Shown here piece by piece: positions 9,461-18,387 of a stretch of 64,000 nt of DNA (the stretch's first letter is position 1; every line of letters starts with the position of its first letter). The DNA lies in the NCBI GenBank assembly GCA_048323995.1, contig DBFELT010000005.1, positions 1,892-65,891 of the forward strand, given 5' to 3'. Below the pieces are notes generated by a model, which was not told the origin of the DNA, ran no database searches, and worked only from the letters and a program-made list of their open reading frames with translations. Source of the stretch: Collinsella sp. Lineage in GTDB: Bacteria > Actinomycetota > Coriobacteriia > Coriobacteriales > Coriobacteriaceae. The translations under genes and the position numbers were made by a program.

Positions 9461-9502
9461 CTTCGCCGTTCGCGGTGCCGCGCGTTCAATCGTACAAACG
9501 TG

Positions 9503-9530
9503 AAAGCCTCGAGATTCTCGAGGCTTTTTT
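9503..9530 (+). terminator. Intrinsic terminator
   Basis: aaagcctcgag-att-ctcgaggctttttt. Confidence 0.75.
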
Positions 9531-10023
9531 CTTGACACGAGGTCGCTCCGTGGCAAGCGTTTGGGGTGGCATTTTCCATCACCCCGATGACGAGGCCGTT
9601 CTGGACAACACGCTCGCATATGTTCGCTGGATGTATTCAGAGTGGGACGGGCTTTCCGGATGGATGGGGTTTCGGAAAGTGCGTCCCAGAATTTGCCTTT
9701 GGAGTGGGATGCAGTTTCCCAACGGAGCCACAAGCGGAAACAGCATCCCATTCCGGACGTGAATTCTGGGACACGGTTTCCGGATGCAAAAAAAGCCACA
9801 TGACGTGGCCTTCAACTTATATATGTTGCGGATACCCCTATGACAAGCCACGCTCCAACAACAGGGCGTCTGTCCGGGCGGAGGTATGTAAGGTTCATCG
9901 CGAGTTCCGCACGCAAAGGGGGCCACTTAATGTGGCCCCCGTCTTGCGCAGGACTGTCCGAGCAGGGAACCTTATATGTCTCCGCCCGGACAGACGTTTC
10001 AGTTATGAACTCGCAGCTGGTCG

Positions 10024-12324
10024 CTACTTGATCTTGGTCGTACCCGGTGCCAGGTTGGGGTCGGTCTCGTTGGCCTCGGTCTGGAAGTGCTCGGTGTACA
10101 CGTTCTTGCCGTCGCGGAACATCTCGTAGTACTGCATCTTGGCGTAATCTTCGCGCGCCTTGGTGGCGGCTGCGGCATCGGCGTCGTCACCGGTGACGTT
10201 GGAGGAAAGCGCCCAGCGCAGGCTGGCGTCCTCGTAGCCCACCGAGTTGATAGCGGGCAGCGACTCGCGCAGCGTCATGTGCGCCTTCTGGTAGTCGGAA
10301 AGCGGGGCGCCGATCAGCTGCATAAGCTGGGTGGACAGGTAGTTGGTGGACAGGTCGTCGACCTCGCTCGTCTGGTCACAACCGGCAACGTCGTAGTTAG
10401 CCCAAATGATGTAGTCGGTCTGCCACAGGCGCTCCTGATGCGTGGCATCGTCTTCGCCGGTAAACCACTTATCGTTGAACTTGGACGGGAAGAACGGCTG
10501 GTGGTCGCCCCAGAACACCACGACCACCTTACGGTCGAGCTTGCTCAGGGCGTTGAGGAAGTAGCGAAGCGCCTGGTCGGACTGCTCGATGCACGAGACA
10601 TACTCGTCGACATCGGAGAGCGTGCCGTCCTCGACGGTCTTGGCGTCCAGATCGGTCGTGTCGATGTTGAGGTGCATCTGCTTGTCGACCGGCAGCAGGC
10701 CCGTATCGTAGCCCGAGTGGTTCTGCATGGTCACGTCGAAGATAAACTGCGGATCGGCGTTCTGGTCGAGCAGCTCAAGAATCTTGTCGTAGGTAGCCTG
10801 GTCGGTCACCATGCCGCGCAAGGTGTCGGCTCCCTGGAAATCGTTGATGGACAGGAACTGGTCAAAGCCAAAGTCCTTGTAGACGTTCTCGCGGTTCCAG
10901 TTGGTTGCGTGATTGGGGTGCATAGCCGTGGTGGAATAGCCGAGCGATTTGAACTGCTCTGCCAGGTTCCCGGTCGTTTCCATGTTGTAGATGGTGTAGG
11001 GGTACACGCCCGAGCCCAGGTTGGCCATGGAGTTGCCGGTCATAAACTCAAACTCGGTATTGGCGGTGCCGCCGCCGTAGGCGCTCACGTAGAGCTTGCC
11101 GCGGCTGAGGCAGTCGGACAGGCTCTTAAAGTACTGCGGACCCTCGTAGCCGGCGCGCATGTTCTGGTAGATCGACAGATCCGAGAACGTCTCGTTCATG
11201 ATGGCGATGACCGTGGGCTTCTCGCTGTCGAACTGCTCCTGGGCGGCGGCGCGCTCGTCGCTCTTGGCCGCGTCGGACTTGTCGTAGGCCTTGGCGTACT
11301 TTTTGAGCGTGGCCTTGGCATCGTCGACGGAGTAGTCGGCGGGTTTGGGCGGCTTGATGGACTGTGCCGCACTAATAAAGGCAGGCAGGTAGCCCTCGCG
11401 CCAGTAGCTCTCGAGCGGACGCCAGGTGTAGACGGTGATGCCGAGAGTGTTGTAGTAGTCGATGAGCGTAACATGCGCGGTCACACCGCCCAGGCACAGC
11501 ACGGCCACGAGCAGGTTGGTGAGCAGCATGCGCTTGGCGTTGGCGGCGCCCTTCTGACGGTGCGGTGCCACCAGGCCAGCGTACTCGCACAGCAGCATGG
11601 CGATGGCGGTAAAGCCCATGGACAGCACGCAGAACAGCGAGATGGAGAAGGTGTAGCCGGTGCCGGCGACCGCGGCGGCGGTGGAGATGGCCGAAAGGTC
11701 GCCCGGCTGGATGGGCATGGACTTAAACGTGATAACGAAGAACTCGGCAATGCCCAGGATAAAGAGGGCAAAGGCCAGGACCGCGGGGGCTGCGCCGTGG
11801 CGCTGGAATAGGAAGAACAAGCCGACCATGAGCGTGGTGATGATGGCCCACTCGAGCAGGATGCACAGGGGGTAGACCCAGGTAAAGTCGTGGTTGGACG
11901 ATACCTCCATGCCCAGCAGCGCAAAGACGCCGGCGAGCAGCAGGCACAGGACGGCGGCGACGAGCGGTTTGCCCACAAAGGCGCCGCGCAGGCGGGCGAG
12001 CTTGCCGGTGGGGGCGGGGGCGTCGGGCGCGGCGAACGCAAAGACGCGCGGGGCGATGCGGTCGCGTGCGATGCTGGCCCAAGCGCAGCCGGTGAGGATG
12101 GCGTTGGTCAGGATGAGCATCACAAAGGCGAGCGGCTCGTTTTGAGCGACGAGGCCCACGGCGCCCCAAATAGTCAAAAAGACCTGGAACAGGCCGAAGG
12201 CGACGCTCCACCCAAGAGCGCTTTTGGCAACGGTGCCCGACTGAGCGCGAATGGCCTTGGCCTCGCGCAAGACAAGGTAGACGGTCGCCGCAAGACCGAC
12301 GAGCGAGATGGCGGCAGCGAACAT
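10024..12324 (-). CDS. LTA synthase family / sulfatase-domain membrane protein
   Basis: Multi-TM N-terminus; IMNETF, GGGTANTEFE, TMQNH and FWGDHQP motifs; AGGAG upstream of the ATG at 12324. Confidence 0.85.
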   Translation of the reverse strand: MFAAAISLVGLAATVYLVLREAKAIRAQSGTVAKSALGWSVAFGLFQVFLTIWGAVGLVAQNEPLAFVMLILTNAILTGCAWASIARDRIAPRVFAFAAPDAPAPTGKLARLRGAFVGKPLVAAVLCLLLAGVFALLGMEVSSNHDFTWVYPLCILLEWAIITTLMVGLFFLFQRHGAAPAVLAFALFILGIAEFFVITFKSMPIQPGDLSAISTAAAVAGTGYTFSISLFCVLSMGFTAIAMLLCEYAGLVAPHRQKGAANAKRMLLTNLLVAVLCLGGVTAHVTLIDYYNTLGITVYTWRPLESYWREGYLPAFISAAQSIKPPKPADYSVDDAKATLKKYAKAYDKSDAAKSDERAAAQEQFDSEKPTVIAIMNETFSDLSIYQNMRAGYEGPQYFKSLSDCLSRGKLYVSAYGGGTANTEFEFMTGNSMANLGSGVYPYTIYNMETTGNLAEQFKSLGYSTTAMHPNHATNWNRENVYKDFGFDQFLSINDFQGADTLRGMVTDQATYDKILELLDQNADPQFIFDVTMQNHSGYDTGLLPVDKQMHLNIDTTDLDAKTVEDGTLSDVDEYVSCIEQSDQALRYFLNALSKLDRKVVVVFWGDHQPFFPSKFNDKWFTGEDDATHQERLWQTDYIIWANYDVAGCDQTSEVDDLSTNYLSTQLMQLIGAPLSDYQKAHMTLRESLPAINSVGYEDASLRWALSSNVTGDDADAAAATKAREDYAKMQYYEMFRDGKNVYTEHFQTEANETDPNLAPGTTKIK

Positions 12325-12537
12325 GCTGAGACTCCTCACAAACTAAAACGTACGAAAGCGGGGGTTTACCCGATTGTTACCAAGATATGCGCTGCAATTG
12401 GTGTCTGCGCACAACAACCAGCCATATTAACGCGCACGTGTGGCGGTGTGGCGCAATGTAGTGGCGACCTGCGCGATAATGGACGGGAATTACACGGAAA
12501 CGTAAAGGCTTCTTAAAGAATTAGCGAGGATGAGGCG

Positions 12538-13386
12538 ATGAACGAGCAGGTTTGCACCAAGGCTGTGGATACGAACGGCTATCCGGTCGAGACGACGGGC
12601 AATGCGGTGCTGGACACGTTGGAGCACCGTTCCTCCACGCGTGCCTTCGCGCGTGATGACGACGACCGTCCCGTGGCGGTGACCGACGAGCAGCGGGCGG
12701 CAATTTTGCATGCGGCGAGTCGCGCGCCGTCGGCGGGCGCCATGATGATGTATTCCATCGTGAGCATTCGCGAGCAGGCTACGCTGGATCGTCTGGCCGA
12801 CCTGTGCGACCACCAGCCCATGATCGCCAAGGCGCCCTGGGCACTTATATTTGTGGTCGACTATGCCAAGTGGATCGATCTGTTTGAGCACGTGGGCTGC
12901 TTTGAGCCCGAGTTTGTCGAGCGCACGGGCAAGGCGCCCCGCCGTGCACCGGGTTTGGGTGACTTTGCCATCGCGGCCCAGGACGCCGTGATCGCTGCGC
13001 AAAACGCCGTGGTCGCCGCCGAGGCCCTGGGCCTGGGGAGCTGCTACATCGGTGATATCGTCGAGAATGCCGAGGAAGTGGCCGAGCTGCTCGATCTGCC
13101 TCCGTATACCATGCCGCTGTCGATGCTCATCATCGGCACGCCCCGTAAGGAGCGTCCGGCCATTGCGCATCCCGTGGTGAACCTGGTGCACGAGGAGCGC
13201 TACTGCCGCGCCGATGCTGCGACTATGGACGCGCAGGTAGCCGAGATGGACGCGATGTTCCGTCCGCATGCCCGCGTGGTGGGGGAGCGCGTCGTGGACA
13301 TCTATACCCGCAAGCACACGAGTCCCTTTATGGCCGAGATGAGCCGCTCCATGGAGTGGTGGTTCAAAAATTGGCTTGGAAAATGA
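12538..13386 (+). CDS. Nitroreductase family (NfsA-like) oxidoreductase
   Basis: HRSSTRAF, ASRAPS, AAQNAVVAAEALGLGSCYIG. Confidence 0.88.
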   Translation: MNEQVCTKAVDTNGYPVETTGNAVLDTLEHRSSTRAFARDDDDRPVAVTDEQRAAILHAASRAPSAGAMMMYSIVSIREQATLDRLADLCDHQPMIAKAPWALIFVVDYAKWIDLFEHVGCFEPEFVERTGKAPRRAPGLGDFAIAAQDAVIAAQNAVVAAEALGLGSCYIGDIVENAEEVAELLDLPPYTMPLSMLIIGTPRKERPAIAHPVVNLVHEERYCRADAATMDAQVAEMDAMFRPHARVVGERVVDIYTRKHTSPFMAEMSRSMEWWFKNWLGK

Positions 13387-13387
13387 C

Positions 13388-13422
13388 GAATGTGACAAAG
13401 GGACAGTCCCTTTGCCGCATTC
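13388..13422. repeat. Short REP-like palindrome
   Basis: aatgtgacaaagggacagtccctttgccgcatt; relatives at 15882, 26767, 31338 (half) and 38998. Confidence 0.75.
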
Positions 13423-13438
13423 CATATCGCCGCGGTAG

Positions 13439-13457
13439 CCTAAAGACTGTATAAATC
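13439..13457. promoter_or_regulatory. Putative KdpE-type binding site upstream of kup
   Basis: Minus strand reads TTTATA-cagtc-TTTAGG, the same spacing as the E. coli KdpE site TTTATA-N5-TTTACA. Confidence 0.4.
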
Positions 13458-13544
13458 TTTATCTAGCTGGGAAAACAGTGCATTAAAACATGGGCCGATT
13501 ACCTATAATCCCTTCGAACATTAAAGTTGGGAGGAAACCGGCTT

Positions 13545-15572
13545 ATGGAACAAAAGGCCAAGGAGGCAGCCTCGCACGCTGCGATTCCTGTGAGCATCTC
13601 GGCGATGCTCGTCACGCTGGGCGTGGTGTATGGTGATATCGGCACCAGCCCCATGTATGTAACCAAGGCGCTCGTTGCCGGCAACGGCGGCATCGGAAGC
13701 GTCACGGAGGAGTTCGTGCTCGGCGCGCTCTCCCTTGTCGTGTGGACGGTCACGCTGCTGACCACCATCAAGTATGTGCTCATCTCGCTGCGCGCCGATA
13801 ACCATGGTGAGGGCGGCATCTTTGCCCTGTACAGCCTGGTCAAGCGCTGCGGCAAGTGGCTTATCATCCCCGCCATGCTGGGTGGCGCCGCGCTGCTCGC
13901 CGACGGCATCCTGACGCCGGCCGTTACCGTTACCACGGCCATCGAGGGCCTGCGCACTATCCCGGCGGTCCATGCCGTGCTGGGCGATGATCAGGGCCGC
14001 GTCGTCGCCATTACGCTCGCCATCATCATCGCGCTCTTCTTGGTACAGCGCATCGGTACGGCCAAGATCGGTCACGCCTTTGGCCCCATCATGACGCTGT
14101 GGTTCCTGTTCCTGGGCGGCACGGGTCTGTTCTTTGTCTTCCAGCACCCCGCCGTGCTGCTGTGCCTCAACCCGGTGCGCGGCATCGCCTTTTTGCTGAG
14201 CCCCAACAACCACGCGGGCATCATGATTCTGGGCAGTTGCTTCCTCGCCACCACCGGTGCCGAGGCGCTCTACTCCGACATGGGCCACGTCGGCCGCGGC
14301 AACATCTACGCCACCTGGCCGTTCGTTAAGTGCTGCCTGCTGCTTTCCTATATGGGCCAGGGCGCTTGGCTTATGAACAACGCTGCCAACCCCGAGCTCA
14401 TGGGCATTGCCGATCTCAACCCGTTCTACCAGATGCTCGCCCCGGGCCTGCGCCCGTTTGCCGTAGGCCTTTCCACCGTCGCGGCCATCATTGCCTCGCA
14501 GGCGCTCATCACCGGCGCATTCTCGCTGGTGTCCGAGGCCAGCCGCCTGGACCTCATGCCGCACATGCAGGTCTTCTACCCTGCCGAGACCAAGGGCCAG
14601 CTCTACATCCCCATGGTCAACAACGTCATGCTTGTCGGCTGCGTCATCGTGGTGCTGCTGTTCCAGAACTCGGCGCATATGGAAGCCGCCTACGGCCTTG
14701 CCATTACGCTGACTATGATGTGCACCACGCTGCTGCTCTTCTTCTACCTGCACGAGGAGCGCAAGCTCAAGGTTGCTCCGTGGATCTTCGCGGCCTTCTT
14801 CCTTTTGCTCGAAGGCTTCTTCTTCGTGAGCTCGCTCACCAAGTTCTTCCACGGCGGCTATTTCACCATCCTCATGGCTGCACTCATCATGGGCATTATG
14901 GTGTGCTGGTACAACGGCACGGCGGTCGAGCAGCGCCAGTTTACGCTGCTGCCGCTGCGCAGCTACCTGCCGCAGCTCAAGCGCCTGCGCGACGACGACC
15001 GTTACGAGCGCATGAGCGACAACGTCGTGTACCTGACCAAGGACACCCATACCGACTACATCGACCGCGATATCGTCTATTCGATCTTGGACAAGCATCC
15101 CAAGCGCGCCCGCGCCTGGTGGTTTGTGAATGTCGAGACCATGGACGAACCGCACACCTTTGCCTATTCGGTCGAGACGTTCGGCACCGACTACGTGTTC
15201 CGCGTGCATCTGTACCTGGGCTACAAGATTAACCAGCGCGTCAATGCCTATCTGCGTCAGGTCGTTCAGGACCTGGCTGCCACCGGCGAGCTGCCGGCGC
15301 AGACGCATGACTACTCGGTCTACAAGGATCCGGGCAACATCGGTACGTTCAAGTTCGTCCTGATTCGTAAGCTTCTGGCGCCCGAAAGCGATGTGGAGCC
15401 GAGCGAGCGTACGGCCATCACGCTCAAGTACATCATCCGCCGTGCCGCCGGCACGCCCGCACGCTGGTACGGCCTGGAGAACTCCAACGTGAGCTTTGAG
15501 TACGTGCCGCTGTTCACCAAGTTCAAGGCTGTGAATAAGATGCAGCGCCTGGCCCCCAACGAGCGGCCGTAG
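13545..15572 (+). CDS. kup: KUP/HAK/KT family potassium transporter
   Basis: LGVVYGDIGTSPMY, ADNHGEGG, DGILTPA, TGAEALYSDMGH, AAYGLA. Confidence 0.95.
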   Translation: MEQKAKEAASHAAIPVSISAMLVTLGVVYGDIGTSPMYVTKALVAGNGGIGSVTEEFVLGALSLVVWTVTLLTTIKYVLISLRADNHGEGGIFALYSLVKRCGKWLIIPAMLGGAALLADGILTPAVTVTTAIEGLRTIPAVHAVLGDDQGRVVAITLAIIIALFLVQRIGTAKIGHAFGPIMTLWFLFLGGTGLFFVFQHPAVLLCLNPVRGIAFLLSPNNHAGIMILGSCFLATTGAEALYSDMGHVGRGNIYATWPFVKCCLLLSYMGQGAWLMNNAANPELMGIADLNPFYQMLAPGLRPFAVGLSTVAAIIASQALITGAFSLVSEASRLDLMPHMQVFYPAETKGQLYIPMVNNVMLVGCVIVVLLFQNSAHMEAAYGLAITLTMMCTTLLLFFYLHEERKLKVAPWIFAAFFLLLEGFFFVSSLTKFFHGGYFTILMAALIMGIMVCWYNGTAVEQRQFTLLPLRSYLPQLKRLRDDDRYERMSDNVVYLTKDTHTDYIDRDIVYSILDKHPKRARAWWFVNVETMDEPHTFAYSVETFGTDYVFRVHLYLGYKINQRVNAYLRQVVQDLAATGELPAQTHDYSVYKDPGNIGTFKFVLIRKLLAPESDVEPSERTAITLKYIIRRAAGTPARWYGLENSNVSFEYVPLFTKFKAVNKMQRLAPNERP

Positions 15573-15641
15573 TCGACGCTTGAGGTTTGCCTGCGAACGG
15601 GCGGGTTTGTATTGACGGGGATTGAGTCCTGGGAGGAAACC

Positions 15642-15836
15642 ATGGATGCAAAGGTGCTTGACGGTTGCGATTTTGCGACCGAGCTGGTGCGTGAGGCGCG
15701 CGTCGACGCCGCCGAAGATCGGTTCTTTACGAATCGGGCCAACATGGACATGGCCGACCGCGTGATTTCGATCGTGGTGACGGTGCTTGTCGCGGCGTGC
15801 GTGTGCGCACTGCTCGCGCACGTGCTGTTTGTCTAA
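15642..15836 (+). CDS. Small membrane protein (64 aa, C-terminal TM helix)
   Basis: GGGAGG RBS, hydrophobic C-terminus, located between kup and the kinase. Confidence 0.55.
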   Translation: MDAKVLDGCDFATELVREARVDAAEDRFFTNRANMDMADRVISIVVTVLVAACVCALLAHVLFV

Positions 15837-15881
15837 CGACCGCAGGTTGCAAAGGCTTTACACTTGGAACCACCACAAGGG

Positions 15882-15920
15882 AAACCACCACAAAGGTGCC
15901 TGTCCCCTTTGTGGTGGTTT
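15882..15920. repeat. Short REP-like palindrome / possible terminator
   Basis: aaaccaccacaaagg-tgcctgtcc-cctttgtggtggttt. Confidence 0.6.
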
Positions 15921-15948
15921 TTGTTTTTGAGAGAGGGGCGGGACGCTG

Positions 15949-17574
15949 ATGGACGTCCGTACGGACGGCGATATTGCCGATAGCTTTTGGTGGCGGCGCA
16001 CAACGCTGACGCGCCGCACTCCTCTGTATGACGCCTGCGTATCGGTGGGGCTGCTGGTCGCGGCGACGATTGTGGGCGCGCTGCTCGACCATCCGGGTCT
16101 CGCGCCGAGCATCATGATCGTCTATGTGTTCGCCGTTCAGCTGTGCGCATTCTTTACCTGGAGTCGCCTGTATTGCTTGTTGAGCTCGGCTGCCGCCGTG
16201 GCGCTCTACAACTTTTTGTTTGTCGACCCGCGCTACTCGCTGTCGCTTATCGACCGCGGCTATCCCGGCATGTTCTTCATCATGTTCGTGGTCTCGCTTG
16301 TGTCGAGCTCGATTGCGTTGGCCCTGCGCCGCGCCTTGGCACAGGCTGCCGCTAGCGACCGCCGCACGCATATGGTGCTCGAGACCAATCGCATGTTGCA
16401 GCGGTGCGCCGATCAGCAGCAGATCGTTCACGCCATGGCCACGCAGCTGGCGCGTCTTTCGGGCTGTCCGGTCGTGTGGTACAGCGCCGACGCCGAGGGC
16501 GATGACCTGCTGCCGCGTGCGACGTACACAGCCGTGGGCGATGCCGCCCCGGTGCACGAGCTGGCGCCGCAGATGCCGCCGCGGCTCTCGGCGTCCGCCT
16601 ATGTGGGAACGCCGCTCGATGCCACCTATGGCGGCTCGGCGTTTTATGGCATCTACCTGACGGTTCGCACAGGCGACGGCTTCGTGCGCTCGGGCGACCC
16701 CACCTCGGTGGTGGGCGTGCTGGCTATCGTTGCCGAGCCCGACGTGCTGACGCACGAGGAGCGGACGCTTGCCGATGCCATCGTGAGCGAAGGCGAGCTG
16801 GCGCTCGATCGCGCCCGCGCCATGGAGGCCCGCGAGGAGGCGGCGGTGCTTGCCAAAAATGAGCAGCTGCGCGCCAACCTGCTGCGCTCCATCTCGCATG
16901 ACCTGCGCACGCCGCTCACCAGTATTTCGGGCAATGCCGATGTGCTGCTCGACCAGGGCTCGACCGGCACCGCCGTGCTCGACGCCCAGACGCGCCGCGG
17001 CCTGCTCCTGTCCATTCGCTCGGATGCGCAATGGCTCAACGCCACCGTCGAGAACCTGCTCGCCATCACCAAGCTCGAGGGCGGCGGTATGCGCCTGTCG
17101 ACCACGCTCGAGCTCATGGACGATATCGTGGAGGAGGCGCTGCGCCACGTGAACCCTGCCGTGCGCGAGCACGACCTTAAGGTGGTGGCGTGCGATGAGC
17201 CGGCGCTCGTCAACGTCGATGCGCGCCTGATGGTGCAGCTGGTGGTCAATCTGGTGAACAACGCCATCACCTATACGCCCGCAGGCTCGCATATCATGAT
17301 TTCGATTAGCGTCGACGATGGACGCGTGGCGTGCTCGGTGGCCGATGACGGCCCGGGCATTGCGCCCGAGGACCGCGAGCGAATCTTTGAGTCGTTCTAC
17401 ACCGCCAACCACGGTCTTGCCGACAGCCATCGCAGCGTGGGCCTGGGTCTTTCGCTCTGCCGCTCCATTGCGCTGGCGCATGGCGGTAGCATAGAGGTTG
17501 CCGCGGCGGACCCGCACGGCTCGGTCTTTACGATTGAGCTTCCCGTCGCCGACGTTTCGTTTGATAAGGAGTAG
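15949..17574 (+). CDS. kdpD: KdpD-like sensor histidine kinase lacking the N-terminal KdpD/USP region
   Basis: Four-TM DUF4118-like region (YNFLFVDPRYSL), LLRSISHDLRTPL H-box, DDGPG and GLGLS. Confidence 0.82.
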   Translation: MDVRTDGDIADSFWWRRTTLTRRTPLYDACVSVGLLVAATIVGALLDHPGLAPSIMIVYVFAVQLCAFFTWSRLYCLLSSAAAVALYNFLFVDPRYSLSLIDRGYPGMFFIMFVVSLVSSSIALALRRALAQAAASDRRTHMVLETNRMLQRCADQQQIVHAMATQLARLSGCPVVWYSADAEGDDLLPRATYTAVGDAAPVHELAPQMPPRLSASAYVGTPLDATYGGSAFYGIYLTVRTGDGFVRSGDPTSVVGVLAIVAEPDVLTHEERTLADAIVSEGELALDRARAMEAREEAAVLAKNEQLRANLLRSISHDLRTPLTSISGNADVLLDQGSTGTAVLDAQTRRGLLLSIRSDAQWLNATVENLLAITKLEGGGMRLSTTLELMDDIVEEALRHVNPAVREHDLKVVACDEPALVNVDARLMVQLVVNLVNNAITYTPAGSHIMISISVDDGRVACSVADDGPGIAPEDRERIFESFYTANHGLADSHRSVGLGLSLCRSIALAHGGSIEVAAADPHGSVFTIELPVADVSFDKE

Positions 17575-17578
17575 CGCT

Positions 17579-18292
17579 GTGCCGAACTCTGCCGTAAAAC
17601 CGCTCATCTTGGTCGTTGAGGACGATCCCGCCGTCCGCAACCTTATTGTTGCCGCGCTCGAGGCGCACGGCTTGCGTCATATGGCCGTGGAGACCGCCCA
17701 TGCCGCCATCGCCGCCGCCTCATCGCAGGCACCGAGCATCGTGCTGCTCGATCTGGGCCTGCCCGATATGGACGGCGTCAAGGTGGTGGAGTCGGTGCGC
17801 GCATGGTCGGGCATGCCGATCATCGTGGTCTCGGCGCGCAGCGAGGACGCGGACAAGATTCGCGCGCTCGATGCCGGCGCCGATGACTACCTGACCAAGC
17901 CGTTTTCGGTCGAGGAACTGCTTGCACGCATTCGCACGACGCTCAGGCGCCTTTCGTATGCGCAAACGGGTGGTGTTGCCTCCGAGGGCTCGTTCGATAC
18001 CGGTGAGCTGCATATCGACTTTGATGCCGGCATTGCCACGATGGATGGCGAGGAGCTGCATCTGACGCCGATTGAGTACAAGCTCTTGTGCCTGCTGGCA
18101 CATAACGCCGACAAGGTACTAACGCACCAGTTTATCCTGCACGAGATTTGGGGCACGGCAACTAAGAGCGACCTGGCGAGCCTGCGCGTCTTTATGGGCA
18201 CGCTGCGCAAGAAGATCGAGTCCGACCCCGCGCACCCGCGCTATATCCAAACACACGTGGGCATCGGTTACCGATTGGTCACCCAAGGCTAG
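17579..18292 (+). CDS. kdpE: KdpE-like OmpR-family response regulator
   Basis: VVEDD, LDLGLPDMDG, ALDAGADDYLTKPF, LRKKIESDPAHPRYIQT; GTG start after AAGGAG. Confidence 0.9.
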   Translation: MPNSAVKPLILVVEDDPAVRNLIVAALEAHGLRHMAVETAHAAIAAASSQAPSIVLLDLGLPDMDGVKVVESVRAWSGMPIIVVSARSEDADKIRALDAGADDYLTKPFSVEELLARIRTTLRRLSYAQTGGVASEGSFDTGELHIDFDAGIATMDGEELHLTPIEYKLLCLLAHNADKVLTHQFILHEIWGTATKSDLASLRVFMGTLRKKIESDPAHPRYIQTHVGIGYRLVTQG

Positions 18293-18316
18293 ATCGCCAA
18301 CCACCGTCCCAATATG

Positions 18317-18384
18317 AGTTGCGGTGAAATACGGACGGAAATGGCCTATTTGGCGGCCAAACAGTCCATATTCCACCGCAACTT
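18317..18384. repeat. Imperfect palindromic repeat (copy 2), between convergent genes
   Basis: Matches 1566-1634. Confidence 0.75.
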
Positions 18385-18387
18385 TGT

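Noticed and set aside
13425..13545. c-di-AMP (ydaO) riboswitch upstream of kup
   Set aside because: The leader is short and lacks recognisable ydaO conserved elements.
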